This document shows positions 9,386-20,150 of a stretch of 64,000 nucleotides of DNA, piece after piece. The stretch is from Barthelona sp. PCE (Eukaryota): positions 372,001-436,000 of the forward strand of contig JAUFOR010000006.1 in NCBI GenBank assembly GCA_040285745.1, in the 5' to 3' direction. Positions within the stretch are counted from its first letter, which is position 1. Each line of letters opens with the position of its first letter. The translations under genes were made by a program, and so were the position numbers. Below the pieces are notes generated by a model. That model ran no database searches. It had not been told where the DNA came from and saw nothing but the letters and a program-made list of their open reading frames with translations.

Positions 9386-11527
9386 ATGCCAAGATTGTTA
9401 CAAAAAAGCCATATAGTTCACAATGAACAGCATGAGCCCTTCATACTGACTGTTGATGATAAAACACGAAGTTTTGCCTATATAACAGTAGATGAAGAAT
9501 GTACAACAAACAGGGGAACATATTACTGCATTTCGACCTCGAACTACGATTATAATAGGGGAATTATGAGCGGAAAGTGTTTCAAAGACAATTTATTTTA
9601 TTCCTTTACTATTGCTCACAAAATTGATGATATTTGCTCGGTAAGTATATATTTTTGGTATATTACTGCAAATGGGCCACATGAAATCTCTAAAACAGTT
9701 GAATTTGATGCTGTTTTATCAAGTAGTGCAAAGTGGCAAGATTATAAACTATTTTGCTACACCCATCAAACTTTTTTCCTTATTGAAAATAGATCTCTTG
9801 AAATTACATATGCGCAACTAGAAGGAAAAAAGGTGGAAATTGAGTTAAATAATTTCGAACTCATCAGTCAGTCAACTTTTGTTTCTGCTTTTCCCATTTT
9901 TTCATATGAAGAGGGTGGAATATTCGGTTGTTGCCCAGTGTATTGTTATTTAGATAGTAATCTACTGGTACAGCCATTGAACAGTGGAGATGTCGATAAA
10001 ATTGATTTTTTTATTGACGTTTTAAACGCTGACTGTATGTTGCATGCTACAGAAGATACAGACGGGTATTCTCTTAGTTATTTTGTTCTTTCTGATGGAT
10101 GTGATACCATTGATATGTACAGTGCATTCCCAGAACTGAAATCATGTTTGACCAATGCAAGTATCGCCATAAAGAAGAAGCATGCAAACTGGGATAACCA
10201 CTTTGACTTAAATCATTGTCTTTACATGGTCATTTTTGAAGTTTCCCATGATGTTTTTGAATTCTCTTTGATTTTTAGGAATATGCTATTTTATTGCCGT
10301 GTTAATGCAGATGGAACCACTGAAGTTAATGATTTTTCACATTCATTGCATAGATGTAGGCTTTTCTTACCAAATATTTCGCCAGACAACTTTCAAAGAA
10401 TGCAATCGTTCCAATTTGAAACAAAAGTACCTGAAATATTAGGTATTACAGAAAGCGAATGTGGTATTCGTTTGAAACATTTTGTCTTCCGTTGTAGCAC
10501 TAACGTTTTTTTTGATATGAATCTCAATATATATCCTTGTAAGCATATTTCAAACAATATTTTTGTATTCACAGCCAATAATACCTACAACAAATTCTTA
10601 GGTGCAACTGTTTTTATCAACACTATCGATGAAACAGTGAGAGTCTTCAATCAAATAGAGAGGTTTGCCTCAGTTCCCTGTGACCCTATCATCAATAATC
10701 AATTTATGCTGGTTTCAACCCACCAACCGGATAGGACATTTATTACCTATGTGATAGACTATACTGCATCCATCGAAGGAAACTTATTACCAACAATTGC
10801 TCTTCCTGGGCAGATAATAGCACATAGTTACAGCGATGAAATGAATCTAATCTGTTGCTTACAGGCTGGTTCAAATTCAAGTTATGGAATTGTACATTTG
10901 TTTAATTATGAGGGTGTTTTACTTAATAACATTCGCGTGACTGAAACATATGATAGCCGCACCATGTTTTTTGTTGATAATTTGATTTTGTTGCAAAATT
11001 CTACTTCTATTATGATTGTTTCATTCAATGAAAAATTCAATTTACAAATTGAACATAGCCACACTTCATCACCTTTTTTTTGTTATAACCCGTTCAAAAT
11101 GGAGCTTTTTGGTGTTATAGATGGAGTTGAACGTGTGTGTCCGTTAGATGAATACTTTAACTTTAGCAGTCAAATGACTGTTTTAAATATTCAAAGTATG
11201 AGTTTGAGTAATAGTTATCCGATAGTTTTCTTTACAGAAGAATGGGCAGCAAGAGGTTCTGCTATTATACACTACTGTGATAAAGACTTTGAATTAAAAT
11301 TTTTAGGGTTTCCAAACTTTGATTATAGTAATAATCGTGTTGTTTCTATGATCGCATCACCTGAAGAGCGTAAATATCTAAAGCTACATATCAAAGAAGA
11401 ACCATTACGCTTTATTTTAAGGAAATCAAACAACGGTATTGACGACAGTGAAGTTTTTGAATACAATTTTGCAGAAATGATGAAAAACTTTAAAGTGATT
11501 ATGGCCAATGTAAATTTGTCCTTATAA
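9386..11527 (+). CDS. Orphan beta-rich protein, family member 2
   Basis: 713-codon ORF starting MPRLL; C-terminal EYNFAEMMKNFKVI motif. Confidence 0.8.
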   Translation: MPRLLQKSHIVHNEQHEPFILTVDDKTRSFAYITVDEECTTNRGTYYCISTSNYDYNRGIMSGKCFKDNLFYSFTIAHKIDDICSVSIYFWYITANGPHEISKTVEFDAVLSSSAKWQDYKLFCYTHQTFFLIENRSLEITYAQLEGKKVEIELNNFELISQSTFVSAFPIFSYEEGGIFGCCPVYCYLDSNLLVQPLNSGDVDKIDFFIDVLNADCMLHATEDTDGYSLSYFVLSDGCDTIDMYSAFPELKSCLTNASIAIKKKHANWDNHFDLNHCLYMVIFEVSHDVFEFSLIFRNMLFYCRVNADGTTEVNDFSHSLHRCRLFLPNISPDNFQRMQSFQFETKVPEILGITESECGIRLKHFVFRCSTNVFFDMNLNIYPCKHISNNIFVFTANNTYNKFLGATVFINTIDETVRVFNQIERFASVPCDPIINNQFMLVSTHQPDRTFITYVIDYTASIEGNLLPTIALPGQIIAHSYSDEMNLICCLQAGSNSSYGIVHLFNYEGVLLNNIRVTETYDSRTMFFVDNLILLQNSTSIMIVSFNEKFNLQIEHSHTSSPFFCYNPFKMELFGVIDGVERVCPLDEYFNFSSQMTVLNIQSMSLSNSYPIVFFTEEWAARGSAIIHYCDKDFELKFLGFPNFDYSNNRVVSMIASPEERKYLKLHIKEEPLRFILRKSNNGIDDSEVFEYNFAEMMKNFKVIMANVNLSL

Positions 11528-11647
11528 TCGCAACTATAAAAAATCTATAATGTCAGGCTGCTGTTACTTGCATAATTAGCAGGTTGAATCTCACTTTCTT
11601 TTCACATACAAAAACATGCAAATTTGAATAATACTTTGTAGAAGGTT

Positions 11648-11882
11648 GTAAATTTACTTCGGAGTTAGACACTTGTACGGGAGTTGCGAGCTCCCTCGAG
11701 TGCTGTGCTTGCACTGAGAATTGTTCTAGAGCCCCTTTTTTTAAAATAAAAGGGGGAGAAAGAAATGATGTAAGTACTCACAGAGTACAGGAGGGAAGAC
11801 CGCGTGTCTACTCCTCAGTAGATTTACTCCTACGAAATAGCGTGTTATTCACAAGCGTGCCATATTTGCGGAGTAAACATAT
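11648..11882 (+). ncRNA. Candidate structured non-coding RNA of unknown class
   Basis: GC-richer island in AT-rich intergenic DNA. Long closing helix 11648-11672/11804-11827, internal hairpins, second hairpin 11823-11877. G-U pairs work only on the + strand. Confidence 0.5.
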
Positions 11883-12092
11883 GATTGTATCCTTAAATAA
11901 AAACAAATTTTTTCTTTTTTCTTTTTCTTTGAAATAGTCATTTTTACAAAATGATTAAACCACAATAATCTACAAAATGATATTTAAACCTTATTTTGTC
12001 CACAAAGAAAATAGTACATATGATACTTACCATCTGATATGAAAATAATATTTGAGATAATGTATTCTTTGGTTGAATTCCGTCTAAGAGAC

Positions 12093-12165
12093 AACCAATT
12101 AGCTCAGTTGGAAGAGCGTTCGGCTACGAACCGAGAGGTCAGGAGTTCAAGTCTTCTATTGGTTA
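12093..12165 (+). tRNA. trnR-ACG: tRNA-Arg (anticodon ACG)
   Basis: Cloverleaf: acceptor AACCAAT/ATTGGTT, D arm GCTC-AGTTGGAA-GAGC (A20 Arg identity element), anticodon arm TTCGG-CTACGAA-CCGAG, T arm AGGAG-TTCAAGT-CTTCT. No encoded CCA; T run about 10 nt downstream. Confidence 0.93.
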
Positions 12166-12849
12166 CTAATCTCTTTTTTGTAGTATTGGATTTTTTTGCT
12201 TGTTGAATGATGGACATACATTCCGGATTTCTCTTTTTTTTCAATTTTTTATTAGGTGGATTACCCGACCTCGATCTTAGGAACTTATTCACGCCATCCA
12301 ACTATATATCTGTCAGTAAACATGCATGTATCCGAGAGAACTCAGCCCTTGTGAAGTCAGATTTATGCTAAGTTTGCTTCTTGTTTCTCTTCAATCATTT
12401 TGTTGTAATATCAATAATTTAACATTTGCAGACCATAAAGCTTCCATTATTTCTAATCGATTCAGTGAATACAGATTGTTATCCCTAGTATGTAAGAGCT
12501 TGTTCGCTGAAGTGTTAACTAGATCAACAAGGATTTTTAGTTCCATGTATATGATGATTGCAAGTAAGAAAACTCATGTGGCAAAAAAGTTTGGAAAAGG
12601 ATGGTTGGTGATTTTTTATTTCTTATCACTTTCAGTTACATTTATGACTTCATTGAAACAAGTGGCATGGTAAAACATCAATGAAAGTGATAACAAAGTG
12701 GTCAACTCAAAAATGTTCTATATCAAAAATTGTTGCTGTGGAGCAACTAAGAATATTTGGATGAGTTGAAGTTTGGAAAAAATTAAGTTGGAAAGAAAAA
12801 GTAGACAAGAGAAAAAAAAGGATTATTAAATTAAACCTCGTTACCAACT

Positions 12850-13420
12850 TAAGAACTCGCAGCAACTTTTTACATAGTTTTCATCCAAATCTCACTGAGG
12901 AAAGCGGCAACTCAAGTTCCACCAATCATGTGGATGGATAAAAAGGTTCTAAAACTTCATGCTTGATTTTCAAAACTTTTAGTGAACAAAATCCATCAAT
13001 TAATGATACTAAATAGTATGTATCTGTCTTCGTGTTCAAAATCTCAAGAACTATGTTTTTTGAGTATAGTATCAGTATGCTAACGATATCTATTTTGTCG
13101 TCAACTGGAATTACATAACCTGACTGGCTTCTTAGCACATGAACATTCTGAGACACATTTGAATATTTATATGTTCCCTTTTTTCATTGTGATGTTCAAC
13201 AAAACAATGCCTTGCTTGATAAAAAAATGCAATACACTCATTGAAGAATGCAGCCTATGAAAATCCTTTTTAGCATTCGTACAATCATGAAACCTAATGA
13301 TACTTGAACAGAATTTATACCGTTTGAAAACCGCTTCAGTTCTGTCAACGTGAAAAACTCCTGAATTAGAATGAATGTGAGGGCTTTAACAAGGCATTCC
13401 ATATTATGAAACAAATGTGC
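12850..13420 (-). pseudogene. Possible decayed gene fragment (perhaps of the orphan family)
   Basis: Short protein-like minus-strand ORF pieces (12926-13156, 13238-13486) separated by stops and frame changes. LVELELP after the 12926 stop recalls PIEIELP in the neighbouring paralog. Confidence 0.25.
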
Positions 13421-13512
13421 CCAAATGCAAGATATGCAAAAGAGAAAAGAGAAGGTGAACGTAGTACATTCCTTTTCTTCTTTCACTTGGTCCTTTTAGT
13501 TAGGTGTTTATA

Positions 13513-15453
13513 ATGCCACGCACAAACCCAATTATTCACACCAATTATGGTCATATTTTGCATTTTCACACTCACTCAATTATAGTTCCAGCTGGGCAAT
13601 CTAAAAAGGCAGAACATGATACTACGTTCACGGAATCTGCATTTATAGTGATTCCCAACCGGGAAATACGAATAGAACTGCCAGTATTATGCAACAAGTT
13701 TTTTATGTGCAGGAATTGTAACTTGTTTTATGAGACCGATAATGGGAAGCTTATCATAACTTTTTACGAGTTTAATGGAACAGAGTTTGAGGTTCAGCAA
13801 ACGGTCGATTTCAGTCAATTAGTTGATCTTAAGTACTCAATCATGACAGCGATTGATAGTGGAACTATATTATGTTTTATGTATAAAAGTGTGTATGTTG
13901 TTGATTTAGTTGAAAGGAAGTGTATTGAGTTGGAATATTCATTGGTAAGTAATTTTGGTAGGACTACAATATTGCTTGATGAGCAAGAAGAAAAGTACGT
14001 AACTCTTCTTCTCGTTGATGATTCCATCAAAACGTTTGAAATACCAGTTCCATATAATCTTAATTACAAATTGGTCGAGGTAGCCAACTCTATGAATCCA
14101 GAAGTTTTGTTCATCGGAGACGATATCGTTTACATAATGTCAGTTGTAAACTATGACTCCACACCTCAAATGCTAATTAATGAGTTCAACGTTCAATTGC
14201 AAATGTCAGGAAAAATGCAGTGTACACAATGCTTTGTGTTTGATGAAGTTTATTATTTCACATCAAATTTGCGTTTAGTTTCCTTCTCCTTCAAACGTGG
14301 AAAAGTTGAAAAGTGCGTTGAAGTGAGTAACACAAGCTTCCAACATTACACTATGATAAATCAAGAGCTATATGGTAATTACGGTCATGTTATGCACCCA
14401 ATTGAGACCATTCAGCGCAATATAAGTGGGTTTTGTCTTCTTCCGAATATGCCAATCACCATCAATACGTCTGATGTTTTTAATCCTATGCTGATTACGA
14501 ATAGAGGTGTGATGCACATTGACATATACAACTGTAAGAGCCCTCGTGGCATTATTCATGGTGTGGTGGAGGGAGTAGAGCGAACATTGCACAGAGTGGT
14601 AGCCAACCCGTCTGATGGCGAGATCGTCTACACTCAAATTTATTTTGACGGAAAAGAAACATATACTGCATGTAACGGGGCAACCGAGGTTGCAAAGATC
14701 TGTCATGTGTTTGAAGGCAGTGATTATCTTTTAGAATGTGTGAGAAATACCCTTTTCTACATAAATGAATCATACGATGATGTATTTCACATTAATGGTG
14801 CTGAGTTGAGAATGCCTGAAAATATGTGGTTCTACACAACATGTGTCGATAGTATCGTGTGGATTGCTGGTAGTAGCTACACTGGATTGGCTATACTAGA
14901 TGATTCAGGGAATGTTGTTGACTTCAGTACGTTTGCTACTGCAGTTGATATGTATCCCTGTCCATATGCTAACATATACGATCCATATTGTGCGCTTCAG
15001 ACCGAGGATGAAATGTTTTTCATTAGATACAGTCCTGAAAATAAGACTTTTAAAAAAATTTGTGTTGGCCGCTACAGTAGAAAGCCTTTTTCACATTTTT
15101 TTATTGATGAAACAGTGTTTTTGAATAACAAGAGATTGTATAGATCAAGTGAAGATTGTGTTACACCTATTGAAATTGAGCTTCCATGGGTATGCGAGTG
15201 TTCACCTGAATATTCGTATCATTCTGTAGTGCGAGGAACGCTATCAAGGCTACATATGCGGTTGGATGGATATAATATGGTTGTTGATACACTGATTTTT
15301 GATGGAGATTATTCATGTTTCACGATAGAGACCAAGAGTTACAATTTGTTAACAATTTTGGCAGAAAACAGCGTATTCTATCCAATTTCAACTATTACAG
15401 ATGTCCAATTGTGTAGAGCGTCCATTTTCAGTTCTTTTACACATTCGATGTGA
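13513..15453 (+). CDS. Orphan beta-rich protein, family member 3
   Basis: ATG 13513 (MPRTNP...), 646 codons; C-terminal KSYNLLTILAENSVF motif. Confidence 0.8.
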   Translation: MPRTNPIIHTNYGHILHFHTHSIIVPAGQSKKAEHDTTFTESAFIVIPNREIRIELPVLCNKFFMCRNCNLFYETDNGKLIITFYEFNGTEFEVQQTVDFSQLVDLKYSIMTAIDSGTILCFMYKSVYVVDLVERKCIELEYSLVSNFGRTTILLDEQEEKYVTLLLVDDSIKTFEIPVPYNLNYKLVEVANSMNPEVLFIGDDIVYIMSVVNYDSTPQMLINEFNVQLQMSGKMQCTQCFVFDEVYYFTSNLRLVSFSFKRGKVEKCVEVSNTSFQHYTMINQELYGNYGHVMHPIETIQRNISGFCLLPNMPITINTSDVFNPMLITNRGVMHIDIYNCKSPRGIIHGVVEGVERTLHRVVANPSDGEIVYTQIYFDGKETYTACNGATEVAKICHVFEGSDYLLECVRNTLFYINESYDDVFHINGAELRMPENMWFYTTCVDSIVWIAGSSYTGLAILDDSGNVVDFSTFATAVDMYPCPYANIYDPYCALQTEDEMFFIRYSPENKTFKKICVGRYSRKPFSHFFIDETVFLNNKRLYRSSEDCVTPIEIELPWVCECSPEYSYHSVVRGTLSRLHMRLDGYNMVVDTLIFDGDYSCFTIETKSYNLLTILAENSVFYPISTITDVQLCRASIFSSFTHSM

Positions 15454-15478
15454 TATTTTAATGCAATCAAAAAATTTA

Positions 15479-17380
15479 CTATGAACTGGGGAGCACAAAG
15501 AATGCCGCTGCGAATATTAAATAAACGATGAGCATGGCAGTACCCTGAAAGTAGTTACATTTGCCTTCATTACTCAGATAGTTAAAAATAAGAACACTAA
15601 GAAGCACGCAACACAAGTCTAATTCACCAAAGACAAGATTAAATGAGCCTGCAGGTGTATCATTGATAACATTCGACATCCAGACCAGCGCGGGTATCTG
15701 TATCAAACTAATTTGCATTGCAGCGCTTGATCCAATCTCAATGGATAATGCGATGTTATTGTGCATGGAAAACTGAATAGCGCTAACGAATTCGGCTATG
15801 TTTGGGATGATACCAATGATGCATACGCCAGCAAACTGTTCGCTGAGCCCCAGATCATCGAGAGCCGGCCGGATTACCTCTGTCAGAGTTTCACTAACGA
15901 TTGCAAACGCAACGGTAGCAAGAAGGAGTATCACAACAGATGTCTTAGTAGACCATTGGAACCCATCGCTTCCATGTGCCTCGCCTTCAAACAGATCACT
16001 GTGTGTGTGCAGTGTGAAAATGAGCCCAACAATGTAGGCTAACGGAAGGAGAACGGCAACAGCCATCTGGAGGGGGCGCAGGCTGGAATAGTATATGCTA
16101 TCTGCATCGAGATCTGATACTAGATCGTGGCAGCCACGGCACAGGTGCGTGTTGGCTTGCACTAAACAAGATGAACACTCCCATGACTTTCCACCGTACA
16201 GGTTCATGAATATAGTAGGAATGAAAGCACCACTTATTGAAACGAGCATAAGTAACGATGTTACACTTGCGCTCTTTGCGTTAAACTTTTGTTCTTTATA
16301 CTTAATTCCACCAAATATCATTGACAAACTCGGTAGTAACACTAATGTACCAAGTATGGAACCAGTAACACTGGCATGTATGAGGGTGTGCATTCCCTTC
16401 TTGACCAGGTTATAATAAGTGATCAGTTCGATGATGGAAGCGAAGGACGCATTGATAATTGCGCTTGCTAGGAAACCAGCCTGGTTCGAAATCATAGAAA
16501 TACCCTTACCAATATAATAAGCTAATGGTACGATACTAAGCATGCAAATAAAGAAAACTAAGAGAGGGTCTTCATGAGGCATGCTGGAAAAACCACTGCC
16601 TATAGCTAATAATACGAACGGGAGCATATTAACTAGGACAACTGACATGCCGCCGACTGAATACTTCAAGAAATTTCTATTGACTGGCTGGAATGTCATG
16701 AGCAGGATTTCATCATTGACAAACGGAAGAGAACGACGCAGTTTAATGTTCAGGGGAGCACTGAATGACAATTTAAACACCCTGAACACAGTCTTTGCTG
16801 ATGGAATCGTAACTACGAAAAACCATAAGATTGAACCAAAAATTGTCGTTGCTAGACCGCAAACGGTGCCGAAAATCACATAGAACATCAATCTGATAGG
16901 AAGTGCAGGCAAATCCACTTTTGCAGTCTCTACAACTGGCAGTTTATCATCGGGAAGCAAAGCTGCGCGTTCAGTTATTGTCTGCCTATCTTGAGGCTCG
17001 GAGGCGTTGCTTGGCACATACCGGATTATACATTTGTTGAATGGATAAAGCAGATATGCAGCCATTTGATTGCATACAAATGCATATTTACGGCATACAA
17101 ATGTCAGCAATAGAATCAAAGCAATGATATTGTAGAATAACCATAAGAAAAATCCACAAAACGCAACATAAACGATTCCACCAACTGAGAAGTGGTTCTC
17201 GAACTTGTTATTCTTTGGAAATTCATCTTGAAACAATTCTTGAACAGCTGGGCTGCGTTCTGTCAGAGGTCGTTCAGCTAAAGTACCCTTAAAGGGGAAA
17301 AACCCAAAAAGCGAGTCAATGTTGCGGTGGCGAGCCTCAATTTCCTGGCTTTTTGTTGGTGTGAGTGGCTCTGGTGTCAT
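15479..17380 (-). CDS. Cation/H+ exchanger, CaCA family, Vnx1/type II CAX-like
   Basis: Alpha repeats NASFASIIEL...GSILGTLVLLPSLSMIFGG and PNIAEF...SIEIGSSAAMQISLIQIP; end EGKCNYFQG; extra N-terminal TM region. First ATG is 17380. Confidence 0.88.
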   Translation of the reverse strand: MTPEPLTPTKSQEIEARHRNIDSLFGFFPFKGTLAERPLTERSPAVQELFQDEFPKNNKFENHFSVGGIVYVAFCGFFLWLFYNIIALILLLTFVCRKYAFVCNQMAAYLLYPFNKCIIRYVPSNASEPQDRQTITERAALLPDDKLPVVETAKVDLPALPIRLMFYVIFGTVCGLATTIFGSILWFFVVTIPSAKTVFRVFKLSFSAPLNIKLRRSLPFVNDEILLMTFQPVNRNFLKYSVGGMSVVLVNMLPFVLLAIGSGFSSMPHEDPLLVFFICMLSIVPLAYYIGKGISMISNQAGFLASAIINASFASIIELITYYNLVKKGMHTLIHASVTGSILGTLVLLPSLSMIFGGIKYKEQKFNAKSASVTSLLMLVSISGAFIPTIFMNLYGGKSWECSSCLVQANTHLCRGCHDLVSDLDADSIYYSSLRPLQMAVAVLLPLAYIVGLIFTLHTHSDLFEGEAHGSDGFQWSTKTSVVILLLATVAFAIVSETLTEVIRPALDDLGLSEQFAGVCIIGIIPNIAEFVSAIQFSMHNNIALSIEIGSSAAMQISLIQIPALVWMSNVINDTPAGSFNLVFGELDLCCVLLSVLIFNYLSNEGKCNYFQGTAMLIVYLIFAAAFFVLPSS

Positions 17381-17769
17381 TAAAGGGTATAAAAAATGCA
17401 AAGAACGCTACAGTGTTGTTTTATGGTATTCTATTACCTATAATGTTTGTGTGTGGCAGTTATTGCAATCGTACGTTGGAATTTATGAATATTAAGACTT
17501 GTTTTAACCAAGCTTGTTTTTTCATATTAGCAACGATGCTTAAATATTGTACGTTGTTTGTCTTTCATTTGCCATAAAAGTGGAGGAAATGAGAGTTGTG
17601 AGTCTTGATAAGAGGTGTTTGAAAATTTTTCATTTATCGTGTACGAATTTGGATCTAATGTGGGTTAAGTAGTTTGTCAGCGGAGTTTTAACACCAATGC
17701 AAATGAAATAATTTGTCAAGATACGCTACATTTGCTAAAGAATCGCATTAATTTTTTCTTCTCTTTTTC

Positions 17770-18669
17770 ATGAATCCAAATCAAAAAACTATTCTCTACC
17801 AAAGCCCACAGGCTGTTAGAGTTCTCTTGGAGCAGCAAGATTCTAAAGGAAAAGCTCAATTTGTAGATATTCAGAAAGTCTCGAATCATGGTTTGTTCCG
17901 TATCTCAAAATTCGGCAATGGTGTGTTGGTATGTGAGGTTTCTCCAGCGATGCACCCTCAAAATCCATTGATTTCGATACCTGCTGATAATGCATTTTTT
18001 TATAAGCCTGGATTTTTATTGACAGTTAATCCGCAAGATGGACGCAAGTTTGGCTTTGTTTTGAACAACTCTTCTCAAGATGCTATCATTTGGGGACTCA
18101 TTAACCAGTACCAAGAGAGTAGGAAGAATCCTCAACCTGCTCCTCAACCTATGCCTCAACCTATGCCTCAACCTATGATTCAACCCATGCCTCAGCCTAT
18201 GCCTCAGCCCCAACCAATGACCGGAGGGGGAGCGTTCATGCCCAGTATTGATTTTGGTGGTGGTAGCAAAGCGCGTGGTAAGGATTATATGCCTGTTATT
18301 GACTTTAAGCGTACTCAGAACACCGCTCCTGCGTTTGAGGAGGTCGATATGGTGCCTAGCAGCGCCTCCGAAAATGATTTGCTTGGAGCTCGAACTGAGG
18401 ATTACACCAAGAACTTTTTGAAAATTCAGGAAGACACAATTCATCGCAACAACATCATGAGGAGCAACCGTGAGGACGAGTACAAGACCCTTGATCTCCC
18501 GACGTGCGACAGTTACCAACCCCCCAAGCCTCAATCTCGCCCTGATGTTGAGAACACTGAGGCGTTCCGCTTGCTCAACTCGATGGGGTTCAACAGAGAT
18601 CAGATATACAGGGCGCTTGCTATGTATCCGAATGACGTCCAGGCCCAAATCAACTTTTGTCTTGGATAG
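17770..18669 (+). CDS. UBA-domain protein with N-terminal PH/EVH1-like region and PQPM repeats
   Basis: C-terminal AFRLLNSMGFNRDQIYRALAMYPNDVQAQINFCL is a UBA domain (MGF motif). The N-terminal fold is inferred only from the strand/helix pattern. Confidence 0.75.
   Translation: MNPNQKTILYQSPQAVRVLLEQQDSKGKAQFVDIQKVSNHGLFRISKFGNGVLVCEVSPAMHPQNPLISIPADNAFFYKPGFLLTVNPQDGRKFGFVLNNSSQDAIIWGLINQYQESRKNPQPAPQPMPQPMPQPMIQPMPQPMPQPQPMTGGGAFMPSIDFGGGSKARGKDYMPVIDFKRTQNTAPAFEEVDMVPSSASENDLLGARTEDYTKNFLKIQEDTIHRNNIMRSNREDEYKTLDLPTCDSYQPPKPQSRPDVENTEAFRLLNSMGFNRDQIYRALAMYPNDVQAQINFCLG
18130..18219 (+). repeat. Coding 12-bp tandem repeat (CCTCAACCTATG; PQPM)
   Basis: About 7 imperfect copies. Confidence 0.85.
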
Positions 18670-18709
18670 GGCGTTGATTCTTTGTTGATTCTTTGTTTGT
18701 AAATAATAA

Positions 18710-19849
18710 CTACTGTTTATTTCGGACGACAACTGCGTGTTGTATATACTCTAGATCATAAATATTTCCCAAAAGATCATTCACCTGTTCAACAAACTGG
18801 GTTTTGATTTCCTCATCCAAGCCAAATAGTAGTTCGCCGTTCTCCACGTACATATTTCCATCAGGTGCGAGGTTCGAGGCGATCTTTTCGATATGTGCCG
18901 AAGCAAACACCCCCACAAAAATGTTGCGTCTGTTCTTGAATTTCTTGATCCTTGTCATACCAAGGGAAAAAGTTAGTGAGATATTCTCGAAAGGAATTTC
19001 ATCAAGGCGTGTTATATATCTTGTAAGGTTGTCCAAAATGACGAGCCTCTCACTGTGAATGAATTCACCATCTTGGCGTGTTAGAGTATACTCTTCATTT
19101 TCAACAACAGTACCCAATCCAACATAAGGGCTTATGACAAAATCTCCGTCGTATTCTTCATGTGTAATGAGTGATGGATTCACAACCACATTCTCTTTTC
19201 CTAGTTGGTGTGCAAAACTGCCACTTACGTCAGAAAACGCAATTCCAGTACCTCTCCATAAGCGATAGTGGTCGCGGCGCAGACGTTTCATGGGAAAACA
19301 CTTCATATCCATGTCATATGCCCAATCAAACAAATTATTGCGGGCACCGTACCGGTCTCTCCACTTACGACGGAGTCGTTCGTCCCACACATTATGGTCA
19401 TATACACCACTTCTAATAGCATTACAACATGCTGTTATGCGATCATTGTCTTTAAACCTGTGTTTTGTACGCATATATGATGGTAGTGATGATGAATCCG
19501 AAACTGCCAGAGCATATGCTTCAATTGCCTTGTGAGTATCCTTTTGAATGAGGAAGTTTCCATAAAAGGGTAACAGGATTCTAACCCGATCCTCTGCTGA
19601 AAGAGTGCGATCTAACAAAATGCTCCAAAAAATCATTTGGCGTGTTAGAATCATCTCATCAAGCTCTACTATGCATATATCTAGCTCGTTTATCCCTCTG
19701 TTATGGTATAGTGTGTGTAATTCATGTCTGAAATCACTGGAATTCACAGAAAGAGCGTTTAGGATTTCTTCCCCTGCTAATAACTTAGGTGGTGTAATTC
19801 CCCAATGCTGTTTGACTCCAAATTGAGTTAACACTTGCTGATTAGACAT
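18710..19849 (-). CDS. DNAAF3: Dynein axonemal assembly factor 3 (PF22)
   Basis: GVKQHWGITPP, FYGNFLI, RFKDND, WDERLR...RYGARNNLFDWAYDM, YRLWRGTGIAF, GDFVISPY. ATG 19849. Confidence 0.85.
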   Translation of the reverse strand: MSNQQVLTQFGVKQHWGITPPKLLAGEEILNALSVNSSDFRHELHTLYHNRGINELDICIVELDEMILTRQMIFWSILLDRTLSAEDRVRILLPFYGNFLIQKDTHKAIEAYALAVSDSSSLPSYMRTKHRFKDNDRITACCNAIRSGVYDHNVWDERLRRKWRDRYGARNNLFDWAYDMDMKCFPMKRLRRDHYRLWRGTGIAFSDVSGSFAHQLGKENVVVNPSLITHEEYDGDFVISPYVGLGTVVENEEYTLTRQDGEFIHSERLVILDNLTRYITRLDEIPFENISLTFSLGMTRIKKFKNRRNIFVGVFASAHIEKIASNLAPDGNMYVENGELLFGLDEEIKTQFVEQVNDLLGNIYDLEYIQHAVVVRNKQ

Positions 19850-20150
19850 GATATTGGAGAAAAAAGGTAAAACAGAGCACTTCTTCAAATTTTCTGTAAT
19901 TGTTGATATATGTGCGTTATGCAAATAACTATACCACAATAGTCCACAGGAACATGCTTTACAGAAGATTTGCTGTTGATACACAATTTACGTTTCCAGG
20001 CATGTTTTGGTCACTTTAAATGTTGTTTATGGTTATAAACGTGCTATTAACCGCGCTTGAAAGCTGTTCAATACTATTCAAAGTTTTGAGCTTGGTATTT
20101 TCTTTCCTCACTCATTTCTTGCATCGCTTTTTCAGCTTTGCATACTCTAA

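Noticed and set aside
11655-11820. Hammerhead ribozyme on the minus strand (CTGAGGA followed by a stem)
   Set aside because: The stem is followed by CGAAG rather than GAAA, and stems I/III with a UH site cannot be built.
12023-12032. U1-like 5' end ATACTTACC
   Set aside because: No stem-loops, U1-70K loop or Sm site before the tRNA begins.
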